64,000 nucleotides of DNA from Polyangiaceae bacterium. GTDB taxonomy: Bacteria > Myxococcota_A > Polyangia > Polyangiales > Polyangiaceae. Location: assembly GCA_965222375.1 (NCBI GenBank), contig CBDCTZ010000008.1:160001-224000 (forward strand), in the 5' to 3' direction. The position numbers were made by a program, and so were the translations under genes. Positions 9,463-19,034 of this stretch are shown piece after piece. The stretch's first letter is position 1. Each line of letters opens with the position of its first letter. The notes below the pieces were generated by a model. That model was given only the letters and a program-made list of their open reading frames with translations, was not told the origin of the DNA and ran no database searches.

Positions 9463-11787
9463 TCACGGGGTCGCAGCAAGATTTGCGAGCGTCATATAGT
9501 CTCGACACTGCTGTGCACGCAGAGATGGACATGGTGGAAGCGGCGAAGACACTGTCACACCGCTAACCACCGGAAGCGCGATGCTGGATGGGCGACTCAT
9601 GTCGTGGCCGACGTCGTAGTTTGCGGCACCGGGGAACTTCTTCAGCTCGAATCGCCATTCGGCACGGCTGTCTCCCGGGGTATCAATGGAGATACGGATT
9701 CTGGATCCATTGCGGAAGATGTGACTGAAGGCCGGTATTCCGACTCGCACCTCCTCCCAAGTTCCCGGCTTGAGCGGAGCACTGTCAGATAGCGCGTAGC
9801 TGTGTTCCGGCCAGAGCTCCGCCGAACCCGCCGCCAGCTTTCGATGGCTGGCTCGCAGCCAGCCACTTTGAATGTACATCTCCTTGCCGTCGGGCCGAAC
9901 TTCGCTGAGGTTCACCTCGATGTCGGCGTCGTCGACGTTCGACCGGATGAAGAGGTCAACGCTCGCGGTACCGATCATCACCTGATCTTCAGTGAGTGCG
10001 GCAGACTCGAAGGCAACGGCCTTGCCTGAGGACAGAGTGGGCCAGGCGTATTGGGGAAGCGGGTCCCAAAGCGCTGTGCCGGATTCCAGGATCCCACGAT
10101 CCCCAGCCGCAGGGTCGAGGGCGAAGCTACTCGCGGCGAATGCGTCTGCCGGGGCAGCGGGCACCAATGCTCCGCTCTTGTCGAAATAGAGCCGCAATGG
10201 CGTTGCTGGGGGAGGCCACGAGTTGAAAGTCTGCTCGAAGGTCCCGGTCGGAGCACCCACGGGAGTGCCACCCCCGTTCTCGAAGATCACGCGGACCTCG
10301 GGTTCCGCCTCATATGCGGCCAGCGCTTCTGCGTGGGTTGCATAGCCACCAAAACGGTCGGGAGGCATCGACAGTTCCGCCTTGAAGATCTCTTTGAACA
10401 ACTGCGGGCTGAGGGTCCGCACAGCGGTGTCAATCGTGGGCACCGCCTTCTTCACGTAGAGATCCAGGAACGCGGCCCATTCGACCAGGACTTGTGGAGC
10501 GTAGCCATCGGGGTGCACTCCATTGTAGGCCGTGAATCTACGGGGCTTCGCGTTCTTGAACTTGTCCAGCAGCGTGAAAAAGTAGGGGCCTGTTTGCTCG
10601 TCTTGAAAGCTGTTCGCCATGAAAACAGGCACGTCGATCTCACCGACGAAAGCCGTCGGGTTGATCGGGTCGACGACCTCAGGAGTGTAGAATGGGTTGT
10701 CCCGAGCCTTCTGAATGATGTCCACACGCTGGTCGTGGAGCAGTTGGTTTTCTTCGCAAATCGTGTCGCCCGCATCGACCTGCTTCTGCTCCCAGCCTTG
10801 GGCGTAGGGAGCAGCGCGGTCCAGCACGTTCTGCGCCCAATTCAGCGCGAACCCATTGTTCAGAATTCCGCCAGGAGCCAAAGTTGTCAGCGTATTGCCA
10901 ACGACGGACAAGGGTGTGATTGCCGCCAAACTGGGGGGACGCTCCCGCGCAACGAACATTTGAGAGATCCCGGGATAGGAAAGTCCGGTCATGCCAACAT
11001 GGTTGTGCAGCACCCAGCCTTGCGCCGCGACGGTCTCGATCACGTCGTAGCCGTCGAGTTTCTGCAGGGGCTCGAAGAAGTCGTATGCGCCGCCCGAGCA
11101 GCCCGTGCCGCGCATATTCACACCAACCGTGGCGTACCCGAGCAAAGCTGCAATCAACGCACTGGAATCGTTGGGCGCATCGCACAGAACCGGCAGGATG
11201 CCGCACAAGCTGCCGTAGTTGCCGATGGGCTCGCCGGGTTTTGCCGGGGAGTATCCAGAGTAATTGACGACCGTCGGGTACGGTCCGTCCTCGATCTTGC
11301 CCGGGAGAGTGATGTAGGCGGCGAGCTTGGTGCCATCTCGCACCGTGATGTAGTTGACGCCTGCAACCAGGGTCTGGCTTTGATAGAAGCTGGGTGGGGG
11401 CTTGCTTCCCTCGATGCTCATGACTTCGAGACCATCGACGCTTCGCAACGGGCTAGCTTTCTCACGAACGCTGTAACCCTTGCCAGGTGTGACCTCGCGG
11501 AAGATCAGGCTTCCAAACTGGTCCGTCGTATCTTCGGCCACGACCTTGTCCGACGCGTCAACGAGCTCCAGCGTCACGTCGGGCTCGGCGTGGGTGATGT
11601 GCAGCTGCTCCACGCTCTCTCGCACTGAAAAGGGTCCGGCCGTTGCTCCGCCGGAGCCTGCGCTGCCCGCCGCGCCGGCACCGCCAGCTGTTCCTCCTGT
11701 GCCCAAGCCGAAGCTGGCGCCATAGGGTTCGTCTTGTCCGCAGCCGATGGCTGCTACGCATGAAACAAAGCAAATGAGTCGGCGCAT
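9463..11787 (-). CDS. CocE/NonD (X-Pro dipeptidyl-peptidase-like) serine hydrolase lipoprotein
   Basis: Lipobox AIGC after ATG 11787; Gly-rich linker; VRDGTKL, NMRGTGCSGG, GLSYPG nucleophile elbow; C-terminal GWLRASHR. Confidence 0.88.
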   Translation of the reverse strand: MRRLICFVSCVAAIGCGQDEPYGASFGLGTGGTAGGAGAAGSAGSGGATAGPFSVRESVEQLHITHAEPDVTLELVDASDKVVAEDTTDQFGSLIFREVTPGKGYSVREKASPLRSVDGLEVMSIEGSKPPPSFYQSQTLVAGVNYITVRDGTKLAAYITLPGKIEDGPYPTVVNYSGYSPAKPGEPIGNYGSLCGILPVLCDAPNDSSALIAALLGYATVGVNMRGTGCSGGAYDFFEPLQKLDGYDVIETVAAQGWVLHNHVGMTGLSYPGISQMFVARERPPSLAAITPLSVVGNTLTTLAPGGILNNGFALNWAQNVLDRAAPYAQGWEQKQVDAGDTICEENQLLHDQRVDIIQKARDNPFYTPEVVDPINPTAFVGEIDVPVFMANSFQDEQTGPYFFTLLDKFKNAKPRRFTAYNGVHPDGYAPQVLVEWAAFLDLYVKKAVPTIDTAVRTLSPQLFKEIFKAELSMPPDRFGGYATHAEALAAYEAEPEVRVIFENGGGTPVGAPTGTFEQTFNSWPPPATPLRLYFDKSGALVPAAPADAFAASSFALDPAAGDRGILESGTALWDPLPQYAWPTLSSGKAVAFESAALTEDQVMIGTASVDLFIRSNVDDADIEVNLSEVRPDGKEMYIQSGWLRASHRKLAAGSAELWPEHSYALSDSAPLKPGTWEEVRVGIPAFSHIFRNGSRIRISIDTPGDSRAEWRFELKKFPGAANYDVGHDMSRPSSIALPVVSGVTVSSPLPPCPSLRAQQCRDYMTLANLAATP

Positions 11788-11921
11788 CGTTCGGCCCACA
11801 CTGTGCCGGCTGGCGGCCACCTGCGCAACGCCCGACTGCATGCCACAGCCACCTACACCCCGCGGGCCGCAAGGCAAACGTTGACCGGCGCCTGAAAGGA
11901 CTGTCGAGCGAAGGGCCGCGC

Positions 11922-12803
11922 CTAGAAGCGTCCGACCACCGCCGCCGCCGCACCCCCGGGGATGGGTGTCACCATGCCCGTGGTGCTGGGAAGCGTGGGC
12001 TTGTCGCCATCAGCCGTGAGAAGGAAGTACGTCGCCGCGCCCAATCCCGCGACGCCAACGACCAGCGAAATATCGCCAAAAAGGAAGGTTTGTTTGACGT
12101 CCGAGACCGCGTCGTCCGAGCAATTGGGTTTGCACTCGTCCAGATCCTTCTCGTCACCCAGGCCCTTCAGACTGAAGTAGGTGAACCCAGCTAGCCCCGC
12201 AACGCCCACGCCGCCGAAGATCCATGTCGCCACCGGGATGCCTGACCCGGCGCCACTATCGGCTTCCGGGGGCGCCTCAGTGCCGCCCCCGGGCGGAGAC
12301 AAGCTCGGCTCCACCGGAGCCGTGTTCTCTAGCTCGATCGTGATCGCGCGATTCTTCTCACCCACGATGATCACCAGTTGTCGCTCGACGGGTTGGGAGC
12401 CCTCGAGCTCGAATCGGAATTGATGGGGACCTGGATCGACCCGCAGGGCGCGACCGTCCAACTTGTCGGTCAGCTTCTCACCATCCATCAGGACCCGGAC
12501 GTCAACGGCGTCATTGCCGTCCGCGCGCTTCGCCCGAAACACGACGCTGGGAAGCTCCTTGTCTACCTCCCCCAACCAACTCGTACAGTCCTTGCGAGCG
12601 ATACCGGGGCAGCCGGGCTGAGCACAGACCAGCAGCTGCTCGCGCGCTGCGCGCAGCTTGCCCTCACCGCGCAGTTTCTGGGCGGCGGTGTGCGCGTCCA
12701 CACACTTGCCGCTGTCGACCTTCTGGGCGAGCGCAGGGCTCGTCACGCCGAGCGCTAGGCCCGCTGCCAGTAGGCCCCCCCCGGAGCGCGCCCTTAGAAG
12801 CAC
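11922..12803 (-). CDS. Secreted PEGA domain protein
   Basis: GTG 12803 overlapping the kinase 3' end; signal peptide ...SPALA; Cys-bridged helical N-domain; VDPGPHQFRF PEGA-like segment; ends in GRF. Confidence 0.75.
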   Translation of the reverse strand: MLLRARSGGGLLAAGLALGVTSPALAQKVDSGKCVDAHTAAQKLRGEGKLRAAREQLLVCAQPGCPGIARKDCTSWLGEVDKELPSVVFRAKRADGNDAVDVRVLMDGEKLTDKLDGRALRVDPGPHQFRFELEGSQPVERQLVIIVGEKNRAITIELENTAPVEPSLSPPGGGTEAPPEADSGAGSGIPVATWIFGGVGVAGLAGFTYFSLKGLGDEKDLDECKPNCSDDAVSDVKQTFLFGDISLVVGVAGLGAATYFLLTADGDKPTLPSTTGMVTPIPGGAAAAVVGRF

Positions 12804-14380
12804 TCCTTTTTGAGGTGCTTCACGCCATTCTTGTCGAAGTAGTAGGGCGGATTGCACTGAGCTGCTTTTTGCGCTTTTTCGGGCCAAGGCGCAAGCTTTC
12901 CGTGGACCTTGGGCTTTGAGGCCGGTTTCTTCGCGGCCGGCGTGGGCTTGGCTGTCGCCGCCGCATCGGGAGTGCCCTCGGCGGATGCCGTGGGTTTGGT
13001 GGGCTCGGCCGTCTCTTCCTTGATTGGTGGCGGCGCCGCCGCGCTGGGGTTGGACGGCGTCTCGGAGCCGACGCCAGCGAGGCCGGATGCCGTAGCTGCG
13101 GGCTCGACTTCCTCGGGATCCCCTCCCCGTCCCACCACCGCACCCACGATCCCGAACAGCAACAGCACGCCCACGACCCCACCTACGACCAACATATTGC
13201 GACGCCGCCGAGCGTTTCGGCTGGGATCCGTGCTGCGTGCCATGCTGATGACCGATGGGTCCGTCGCTTGAGTGACGGTTTCGTCTTCTGGGCGAGACGC
13301 TTGGAAGCTGGATTCGGGCAGCGACAGGGAGTCCGGCGTCTGCGGAAAGGAGGGCTCACTGCCGTCGTTCACGCTCAGCCGCGCAGTCACGGGCAAGTCC
13401 GCGCTCATGCCTTCGATGGCTTTGAGCTTCTCGGCCCGGGCACCCAGCGGCCCCTTCGCGATCTCCTGCACCCACTTGCTCACCTGCCGCGCTGTCGCTG
13501 GCGAAACCGCCTCCTCTAGTGCCGCGGCCATGTCGAAGGCTGTCTCGAAGCGCTCTGTCGCATCTACGGACAGGGCCTTCATGACGATCGCGTCCAACTC
13601 CTGGGGCACCTGGTCGTTGTGCGCAGAGGCCGGCTCGGTAACGCCTTCCATGATCGACGTGGCGATCTGCCACTCGTTCTCCCCCTCGAACAAGCGCTTG
13701 CCTGCCAAGGATTCCCATAGCACCACGCCTGCGGCGTAGATGTCGGCTCGGTGATCGACCGATCCCCGTTTCAGTTGCTCTGGGGCCATGTAGCGGATCT
13801 TGCCCTTGAGTTGCCCTTCCCGCGTTTCTTGCAAGCGACCAGCCGCTTTGGCCACGCCGAAGTCCACGACGCGAGTGACTCCGTCGCTGCCGACCACGAC
13901 GTTTTGCGGGGAGACATCTCGGTGCACGATGTTGAGAGGTTCGCCACGCTCGTCGGTCGCTTCATGCGCAGCGTGCAAGCCATACAGAGCTTGAGACAGC
14001 ACCGCCGCCGCGATTCCTGGCGGGATCCGGGTGCGCTGGCGGCTCGCCGCTCGCAGCAGCCGTGACAGGGACTCCCCGTGTACATACTCCATCACCACGA
14101 GCAGCTCGCCCTCGAGGGCGACCACATCGAGGGTCACTACGACGTTGGGATGCCGAACCCGCGCAGCCAAGCGCGCCTCGTCGATGAGCATCGAAACGAA
14201 CTCGGGATCTTGGGCCAAGTAGGGGTGCAGCCGCTTGATGGCGACGGTCCGCGAGAAACCCGCTTGGCCCAGCAGGCGGCCCAAGTGCACGGTGGCCATG
14301 CCGCCACGGGCGATTTGAGCGTAGAGCGCGTAGCGCCCAATGACCTTCACCTCAGGGGAGGCTTCGGCTGCGTCGCCCAT
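12794..14380 (-). CDS. Membrane-anchored Ser/Thr protein kinase
   Basis: ARGGMATV, VAIK, HRDVSPQN, DFG, YMAPE; TM helix; Pro/Ala linker. Confidence 0.95.
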   Translation of the reverse strand: MGDAAEASPEVKVIGRYALYAQIARGGMATVHLGRLLGQAGFSRTVAIKRLHPYLAQDPEFVSMLIDEARLAARVRHPNVVVTLDVVALEGELLVVMEYVHGESLSRLLRAASRQRTRIPPGIAAAVLSQALYGLHAAHEATDERGEPLNIVHRDVSPQNVVVGSDGVTRVVDFGVAKAAGRLQETREGQLKGKIRYMAPEQLKRGSVDHRADIYAAGVVLWESLAGKRLFEGENEWQIATSIMEGVTEPASAHNDQVPQELDAIVMKALSVDATERFETAFDMAAALEEAVSPATARQVSKWVQEIAKGPLGARAEKLKAIEGMSADLPVTARLSVNDGSEPSFPQTPDSLSLPESSFQASRPEDETVTQATDPSVISMARSTDPSRNARRRRNMLVVGGVVGVLLLFGIVGAVVGRGGDPEEVEPAATASGLAGVGSETPSNPSAAAPPPIKEETAEPTKPTASAEGTPDAAATAKPTPAAKKPASKPKVHGKLAPWPEKAQKAAQCNPPYYFDKNGVKHLKKECF

Positions 14381-14479
14381 CCCACGAGCCTAGCAAACAC
14401 GCGGGCAAACGCGCGAATGAGCGGCAAGTTCCCAGGCGAATCGCAGCCTCGGAGTCCAATTCGCGCGGGTTTTGCCGGT

Positions 14480-15334
14480 TCACGGCCTGACGGCGCGCGC
14501 TCGCAGGCTGGTCCGTTCTGCCTGGCGCAGCGCCTCGATCAAGGCCGCTTCCGTGGCCTCGTCGATCCCGAGGGCCTCAAAGCGCTGCCGCTGCGGCGCC
14601 GTAAGGGCGTCGACTACGACGTCCGCGACCATCACCATTCGCACATGAGGAGAATCCTGCACGGGTCCGTCGTGATGGGCAGCACAGGCGTCCACGATCT
14701 CGGCGGGCAGCCGCCAAGCCATCGCAATCTCGGCCCCCGCGCGGCAGTGATACTTGTGGACCAGTCGCTTCACCTCCGCCTTGTCGGTCGGCGCCGGCGT
14801 CATGGCATCGAAGATGCGGTACAGGCGCGACTCACCGATGTCGTGCAACAGCCCACACATGTAGTCCATTTCCTGCGGCAGGCCGAGGGTGACCGCGACG
14901 GCTCGGGCCGCGACTGCGCAGCGTACGCTCCGATCGAAGGAGGCGCGCACTCGACTTTGAAAGCGACGCAGTCCGCGGGCGCTGTTGGCGTAGACGACCT
15001 GGAACAACAGGTCTCGAGTCCGCGCAAGCCCGAGTCGCACGATGGCGGCTTGGGTATTGGATGTATTGAACCCCCGCCAGTACGCGGCACTGTTCGCGAC
15101 CGAGAGAAAACGCGCCGCAATCGGCGGATCCGTATCCACGAGTTTGGCGAGTTCGTCCACGTTGGCCGCCGGGTCACCGGCCAGCTTCACTGCCAGAGTC
15201 GCAACCTGGGGCAGAACTGGCAGAGCCGTCCGACCCGTCTCCATACGCCGCAGCAACTCCGTCTCCAGCGCAGACTGGGGCGCGTCCCGGACGGATTGGG
15301 GCGGCTGCCCAGCGGGGATCGCCAACTCGGTCAT
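14480..15334 (-). CDS. HDOD domain protein
   Basis: LPVLP, DPPIAARFLSVANSA, AIVRLG, GLLHDIG, WRLP...HH; ATGA overlap with upstream GGDEF gene. Confidence 0.88.
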   Translation of the reverse strand: MTELAIPAGQPPQSVRDAPQSALETELLRRMETGRTALPVLPQVATLAVKLAGDPAANVDELAKLVDTDPPIAARFLSVANSAAYWRGFNTSNTQAAIVRLGLARTRDLLFQVVYANSARGLRRFQSRVRASFDRSVRCAVAARAVAVTLGLPQEMDYMCGLLHDIGESRLYRIFDAMTPAPTDKAEVKRLVHKYHCRAGAEIAMAWRLPAEIVDACAAHHDGPVQDSPHVRMVMVADVVVDALTAPQRQRFEALGIDEATEAALIEALRQAERTSLRARAVRP

Positions 15335-16386
15335 CCCAGCCCCCCGGATGCTTGGTCGCTGACCGGGGCCACCACCCGCGGCCGTCGTGAAGACGCTGAC
15401 GGTGACGCCTCTTGGTCCGGCGAATACATCTCGACCCGGTTGCGGCCCGCGGCCTTGGCCGCATAGAGTGCAACGTCGGCCCGCCGCATCACGGCTTGAG
15501 CGGTGTCGCCCGCATCCCTCGGGTCGAAAACCGCTGTCCCTACGCTCACGGTCACACGCTCCGGTCCCCGAGGCGGCTCGATGCACTCCACTGCGTAGCG
15601 CAGGCGTTCTGCAACCAGCCGCGCGGCCTCCGGGCCCGCGCCCGCGACCAGCACGACGAACTCTTCGCCGCCGTAGCGGCCGACCGCATCTCCCGGCCGG
15701 AGGCCGGCTTTGAGCACGTCGGAAATCGCGACCAACACCCGGTCTCCCACCTGGTGCCCAAAGCGATCGTTCACGGATTTGAAGTGATCCGCATCGATGA
15801 AAAGCACCCCAAAACGTTCACGACCTTCCACGCGATCTTGCGCCCCTTGCTCCAGGGCACGTCGGTTGGCCAGCCCCGTCAGGGGATCGACCTGGGCGTC
15901 ACGACGCAGCAGGTCCCGTTCCGAGCGCACGCGTTGCAGGGCGTCCAAGTGTCGCTTGTGTCGCAACTGCACCCGAACCCGCGCACAGAATTCCCGGCGA
16001 CGACCAACGTCGACGATGAAATCGTCGGCACCCGCCAGCAGCCCGTGGACAACCAAGGACTCGTCAGCAACTCCAAAGTTTATCAACACTACCGGTACGG
16101 TCTCCCGTCCCTCTTGGGCCTTGAGGTCGCCGCATACTTCCATTCCGCTGACTTCACGTTGCTCGACGTCGAGAAGCACCAGGTCAGGTTCGTACTCCGC
16201 GGACAGGCGCATCACTTCGTCGGCCTCGGTGACGACCAGGACGTCCCATCCCTCGTCCGCCAGGCACGCCTCCAGCAGTGCCCGCCGCTCCTCGCATGGA
16301 ACGATGGCCAGCACGCGTGGCTCGCGCTCCGATATGGGCGGAGCGCTGGAGAGCCTGGGTAGATCGTGAAATACCGGGACCGCCAT
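15331..16386 (-). CDS. Receiver-domain diguanylate cyclase
   Basis: N-terminal REC-like domain; DPLTGLANRR, DADHFKSVND, RPGD I-site, RYGGEEF, AKAAGRN. Confidence 0.92.
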   Translation of the reverse strand: MAVPVFHDLPRLSSAPPISEREPRVLAIVPCEERRALLEACLADEGWDVLVVTEADEVMRLSAEYEPDLVLLDVEQREVSGMEVCGDLKAQEGRETVPVVLINFGVADESLVVHGLLAGADDFIVDVGRRREFCARVRVQLRHKRHLDALQRVRSERDLLRRDAQVDPLTGLANRRALEQGAQDRVEGRERFGVLFIDADHFKSVNDRFGHQVGDRVLVAISDVLKAGLRPGDAVGRYGGEEFVVLVAGAGPEAARLVAERLRYAVECIEPPRGPERVTVSVGTAVFDPRDAGDTAQAVMRRADVALYAAKAAGRNRVEMYSPDQEASPSASSRRPRVVAPVSDQASGGLG

Positions 16387-16569
16387 GATTCGGCTTCTGC
16401 TGCCCAGGAACGGCCCCAGGGCAAAAACCCTTAGCCATCCGCCGGCAGGAACACCCCTAACTCCCCACAAATTCCCCTGGTTTGTCAGATGTTAACGCTG
16501 ATAACATTCGACAAAGCCCGCCAGGTGAGCAACGAGCGTCACTGAAGCGAGTCGCCCCACTGCGAGGTG

Positions 16570-17292
16570 TCACTGAGCTGGCGTTTCATCTACCCGGACT
16601 TGCACCGGCAGGATCCCGAACACCCGCTCGACCAAGCTGTGGCCTGCGTAGATCAGCGGCGTCAGGCCAATCGCGACGACCAACTTGAGCACATAGCTGG
16701 AAACCACGACCGTGATGATCTGCCCCATGCTGAGCAGTCCGACCCACGCCACCAGATTGATGGCAACTGTGTCCACCAGTTGAGAAACGGCCGTCGACCC
16801 CGTCGCTCGCAGCCACAACCAACGCCCACCCGTGCGCATGCGCAACGCATGGAACACCCAGATATCCACCAACTGCGCAACCAAGTAGGCGAAGAGCGAA
16901 GCGATGATCATGCGCTGGGAGCTCAGGAACACGCGATTGAACGACTCGTCGGTCACGCCGGCCCAGCCCGCTTCCCGCGTCAGCGCCGCAATTGGTATGG
17001 CGCCCGCGACGAAGATGAACACGTAAGCCAACACGGCCATGGCGAAGCCGATCCAGGTGACCATGCGCGCCGCGCGCTTGCCGTAGAACTCATTGAGCAG
17101 ATCCGTGAGCAAGAACGTGACCGGAAACGGGATCATGCCTACGGTCACCGTGAAGGGTTGTCCCAGGATCGTGGTCTGCACCAACTTCCCGCCGATGATG
17201 TCACCTACCACGAGGCAGGTGATGAACACCGCGGCCAACACGAGGAAGAGCCGCGTGCGTGGATCAAAGGTCACGCTGGCAGTCTCCGCCAT
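16570..17292 (-). CDS. yhhQ: Queuosine precursor transporter (YhhQ/VUT family)
   Basis: FPVTFLLTDLLNEFYG, ASLFAYLVAQLVDI, WLRATGSTAVSQLVDT signature segments; about 6 TM helices. Confidence 0.88.
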   Translation of the reverse strand: MAETASVTFDPRTRLFLVLAAVFITCLVVGDIIGGKLVQTTILGQPFTVTVGMIPFPVTFLLTDLLNEFYGKRAARMVTWIGFAMAVLAYVFIFVAGAIPIAALTREAGWAGVTDESFNRVFLSSQRMIIASLFAYLVAQLVDIWVFHALRMRTGGRWLWLRATGSTAVSQLVDTVAINLVAWVGLLSMGQIITVVVSSYVLKLVVAIGLTPLIYAGHSLVERVFGILPVQVRVDETPAQ

Positions 17293-17307
17293 CGGATTCG
17301 GTTGCCG

Positions 17308-18087
17308 CTACTTGGCTGCGAGCAAGTTCATCAGCTCGGTCAGTGCGAGGTCCATGCTCTGAGGCTTGGTTCCACCGTAGCTACCAAAGCCCTTCCACAC
17401 GATCTTCATGGTTTTGAGATCGACGATGTAGCTCCACTCTCGGCTCACCAACTCCGTCAACGTCGGATCGCCCGGCTTGGGCTTGACGACGCTCACCTTG
17501 AGATCCTCGCTCTTGATCCAAGCGACCATGTCACCCGTGTACAAGACTTCGACGACCAAACCACCCGCCTGAATCGCTGCTGCTCCCTTCGCACCCAAAA
17601 CTTGGGCTGCCTGTTTGCAACCCGGTCAGGTGAACGCCGAGATGTGTATCAGCCCGTAGCGCTTGCCACTCTTGCGCATCGCGTCGGTGCCGTAGTCGAT
17701 ATACGGCTTGCTGTCGCTGCGCACGTCCCCGGTTTCGTTAACGTAGCCCTCCCACTTGAGGTCCGCGATGGTGTCGCCCTTGTTGTTCCCGTAAGGCCCG
17801 GCCGGATAGTTTGCCGCAATGCCGCCCGCACCGGCCGCGGCGCCGTTTCCAGCGGAACCAGCAACGCCAGCGGTCCCACCCGTCAACGTGCCGCCACTTC
17901 CGCCGGTCACCGCGCCACCACTTCCGCCCGTGACAGTGCCGCCGCCACCACCCGTGGCCATCCCGCCCGTGCCACTCGGCCCGCCGCCCCCATCGTCCGA
18001 ACTCGAACAGGCTAGCGCCGCCGCGCTCAGGCTTGCGCCCAGCAAGACCAGCGTGGATAGCGACGCAGTGATTCGACGACGGGTCAT
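17308..18087 (-). CDS. Predicted selenoprotein: thioredoxin/peroxiredoxin-fold lipoprotein with UxxC motif (in-frame TGA at 17628-17626), 259 aa if read through
   Basis: ATG 18087 overlaps the upstream stop (ATGA) and has an RBS; lipobox ALAC; the frame continues across one TGA: LIHISAFT*PGCKQAAQVLGAKG...SREWSYIVDLKTMKI. Confidence 0.75.
17591..17610 (-). promoter_or_regulatory. Candidate bacterial SECIS element
   Basis: mRNA GCA-G-CCCAA-GUU-UUGGG-UGC hairpin; its 3-nt loop starts with GU, 24 nt after the UGA; an alternative hairpin GGGUUGC-AAACAG-GCAGCCC also fits. Confidence 0.45.
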
Positions 18088-19034
18088 AGCTTTTTCCTCA
18101 ATCCCACCCACGTAAGGTACTCGATTCCCTCCCCTGGATCCATTTCCACTCGGGTTCCATCTGCGCTGACTTTGCCCAGCGCAACAGTCTCGAACCGGGC
18201 GGGCGCAACCCAATCCGGATACAGATAGCTCCCCAGCGCAACCACCTCCACGGCATCGTTCGGGGCAAGCCCAGCCGGCGTCGGGAATGACAAACGCGCT
18301 TTGGCAGACTTGCCTTGGTCATCACGGAAGCTGACCTCGAAGGGCGTCAGAGCATACAGGGCGAGCAGTCCTTCGCTCGGATCCGCAAACGATGGCTGAT
18401 GTTTTGCGTCGATGACGAGCGCGCGAAACAGTTTTCCAGTCGCGCCCAGAGCAATGTCCTCGACGTCGAGCTTGACGACCACTCCTGCAGCCACATCCAA
18501 CGTGACTCCGCCGTGGGTGACATTCTGCGCCGGCGCACCGTTGCCATCGCTCTTGACCACCAGCGCCTCTCCGCCGCTCGGCAGCGGCAGGGTCAGCAGA
18601 TCCCCCACGGAAAAGTCCCCCGCGGCTTCACCTGCGAGTTGAAAGTAGAAACTAGTGCGATCGGGACGACCGTGCGGCAAGGTCGAATATTCGGCCGGGT
18701 TCAGGTTGGAGTTCACTTGCACCGTGAAATCTCCGTTGGCCTCGGACTCGCCAAAGTAGCAAATCGTGCCGCACACACTCATGAGCAGCTTCGGCAGACC
18801 GTTGCCTTGTTCGTCGACGGCGCGCCCACTGATGGTCTTGATGCAGCGTGCGCCCGCCGAGGCATCGTTGCTGCACCCTCCGCCAGCGTCAGCGACGCCT
18901 CCGCTTCCGCCACTGCCAGCGCTACCACCAGCGCCACCCGATCCGGAGCCGCCTCCGGTATTCGGCTGAGAGTCACTGGAATCTGTGCCGCATCCGACGG
19001 CCGCCAAGGCGAAAACCAACGCAAGATATTTCAC
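18084..19034 (-). CDS. Hypothetical lipoprotein with Gly-rich linker and carboxypeptidase-regulatory-like beta-sandwich
   Basis: GTG 19034 (VKYLALVFALAAVGC lipobox); ISGRAVDEQGNGL...GDFTV. Confidence 0.75.
   Translation of the reverse strand: MKYLALVFALAAVGCGTDSSDSQPNTGGGSGSGGAGGSAGSGGSGGVADAGGGCSNDASAGARCIKTISGRAVDEQGNGLPKLLMSVCGTICYFGESEANGDFTVQVNSNLNPAEYSTLPHGRPDRTSFYFQLAGEAAGDFSVGDLLTLPLPSGGEALVVKSDGNGAPAQNVTHGGVTLDVAAGVVVKLDVEDIALGATGKLFRALVIDAKHQPSFADPSEGLLALYALTPFEVSFRDDQGKSAKARLSFPTPAGLAPNDAVEVVALGSYLYPDWVAPARFETVALGKVSADGTRVEMDPGEGIEYLTWVGLRKKL

Noticed and set aside
17293..17307. preQ1 riboswitch upstream of yhhQ
   Set aside because: Only 15 nt separate the genes, and I see no preQ1-like stem with an A-rich tail
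17308..17598. Independent 96-aa gene starting at TTG 17598
   Set aside because: No convincing RBS, only half a thioredoxin fold, and in frame with the upstream ORF; better explained as the C-terminal part of the read-through protein
17870..17960. 24-nt tandem repeats as a separate DNA element
   Set aside because: They encode the GGSGGxxT linker of the lipoprotein; similar Gly-rich linkers occur in other lipoproteins here
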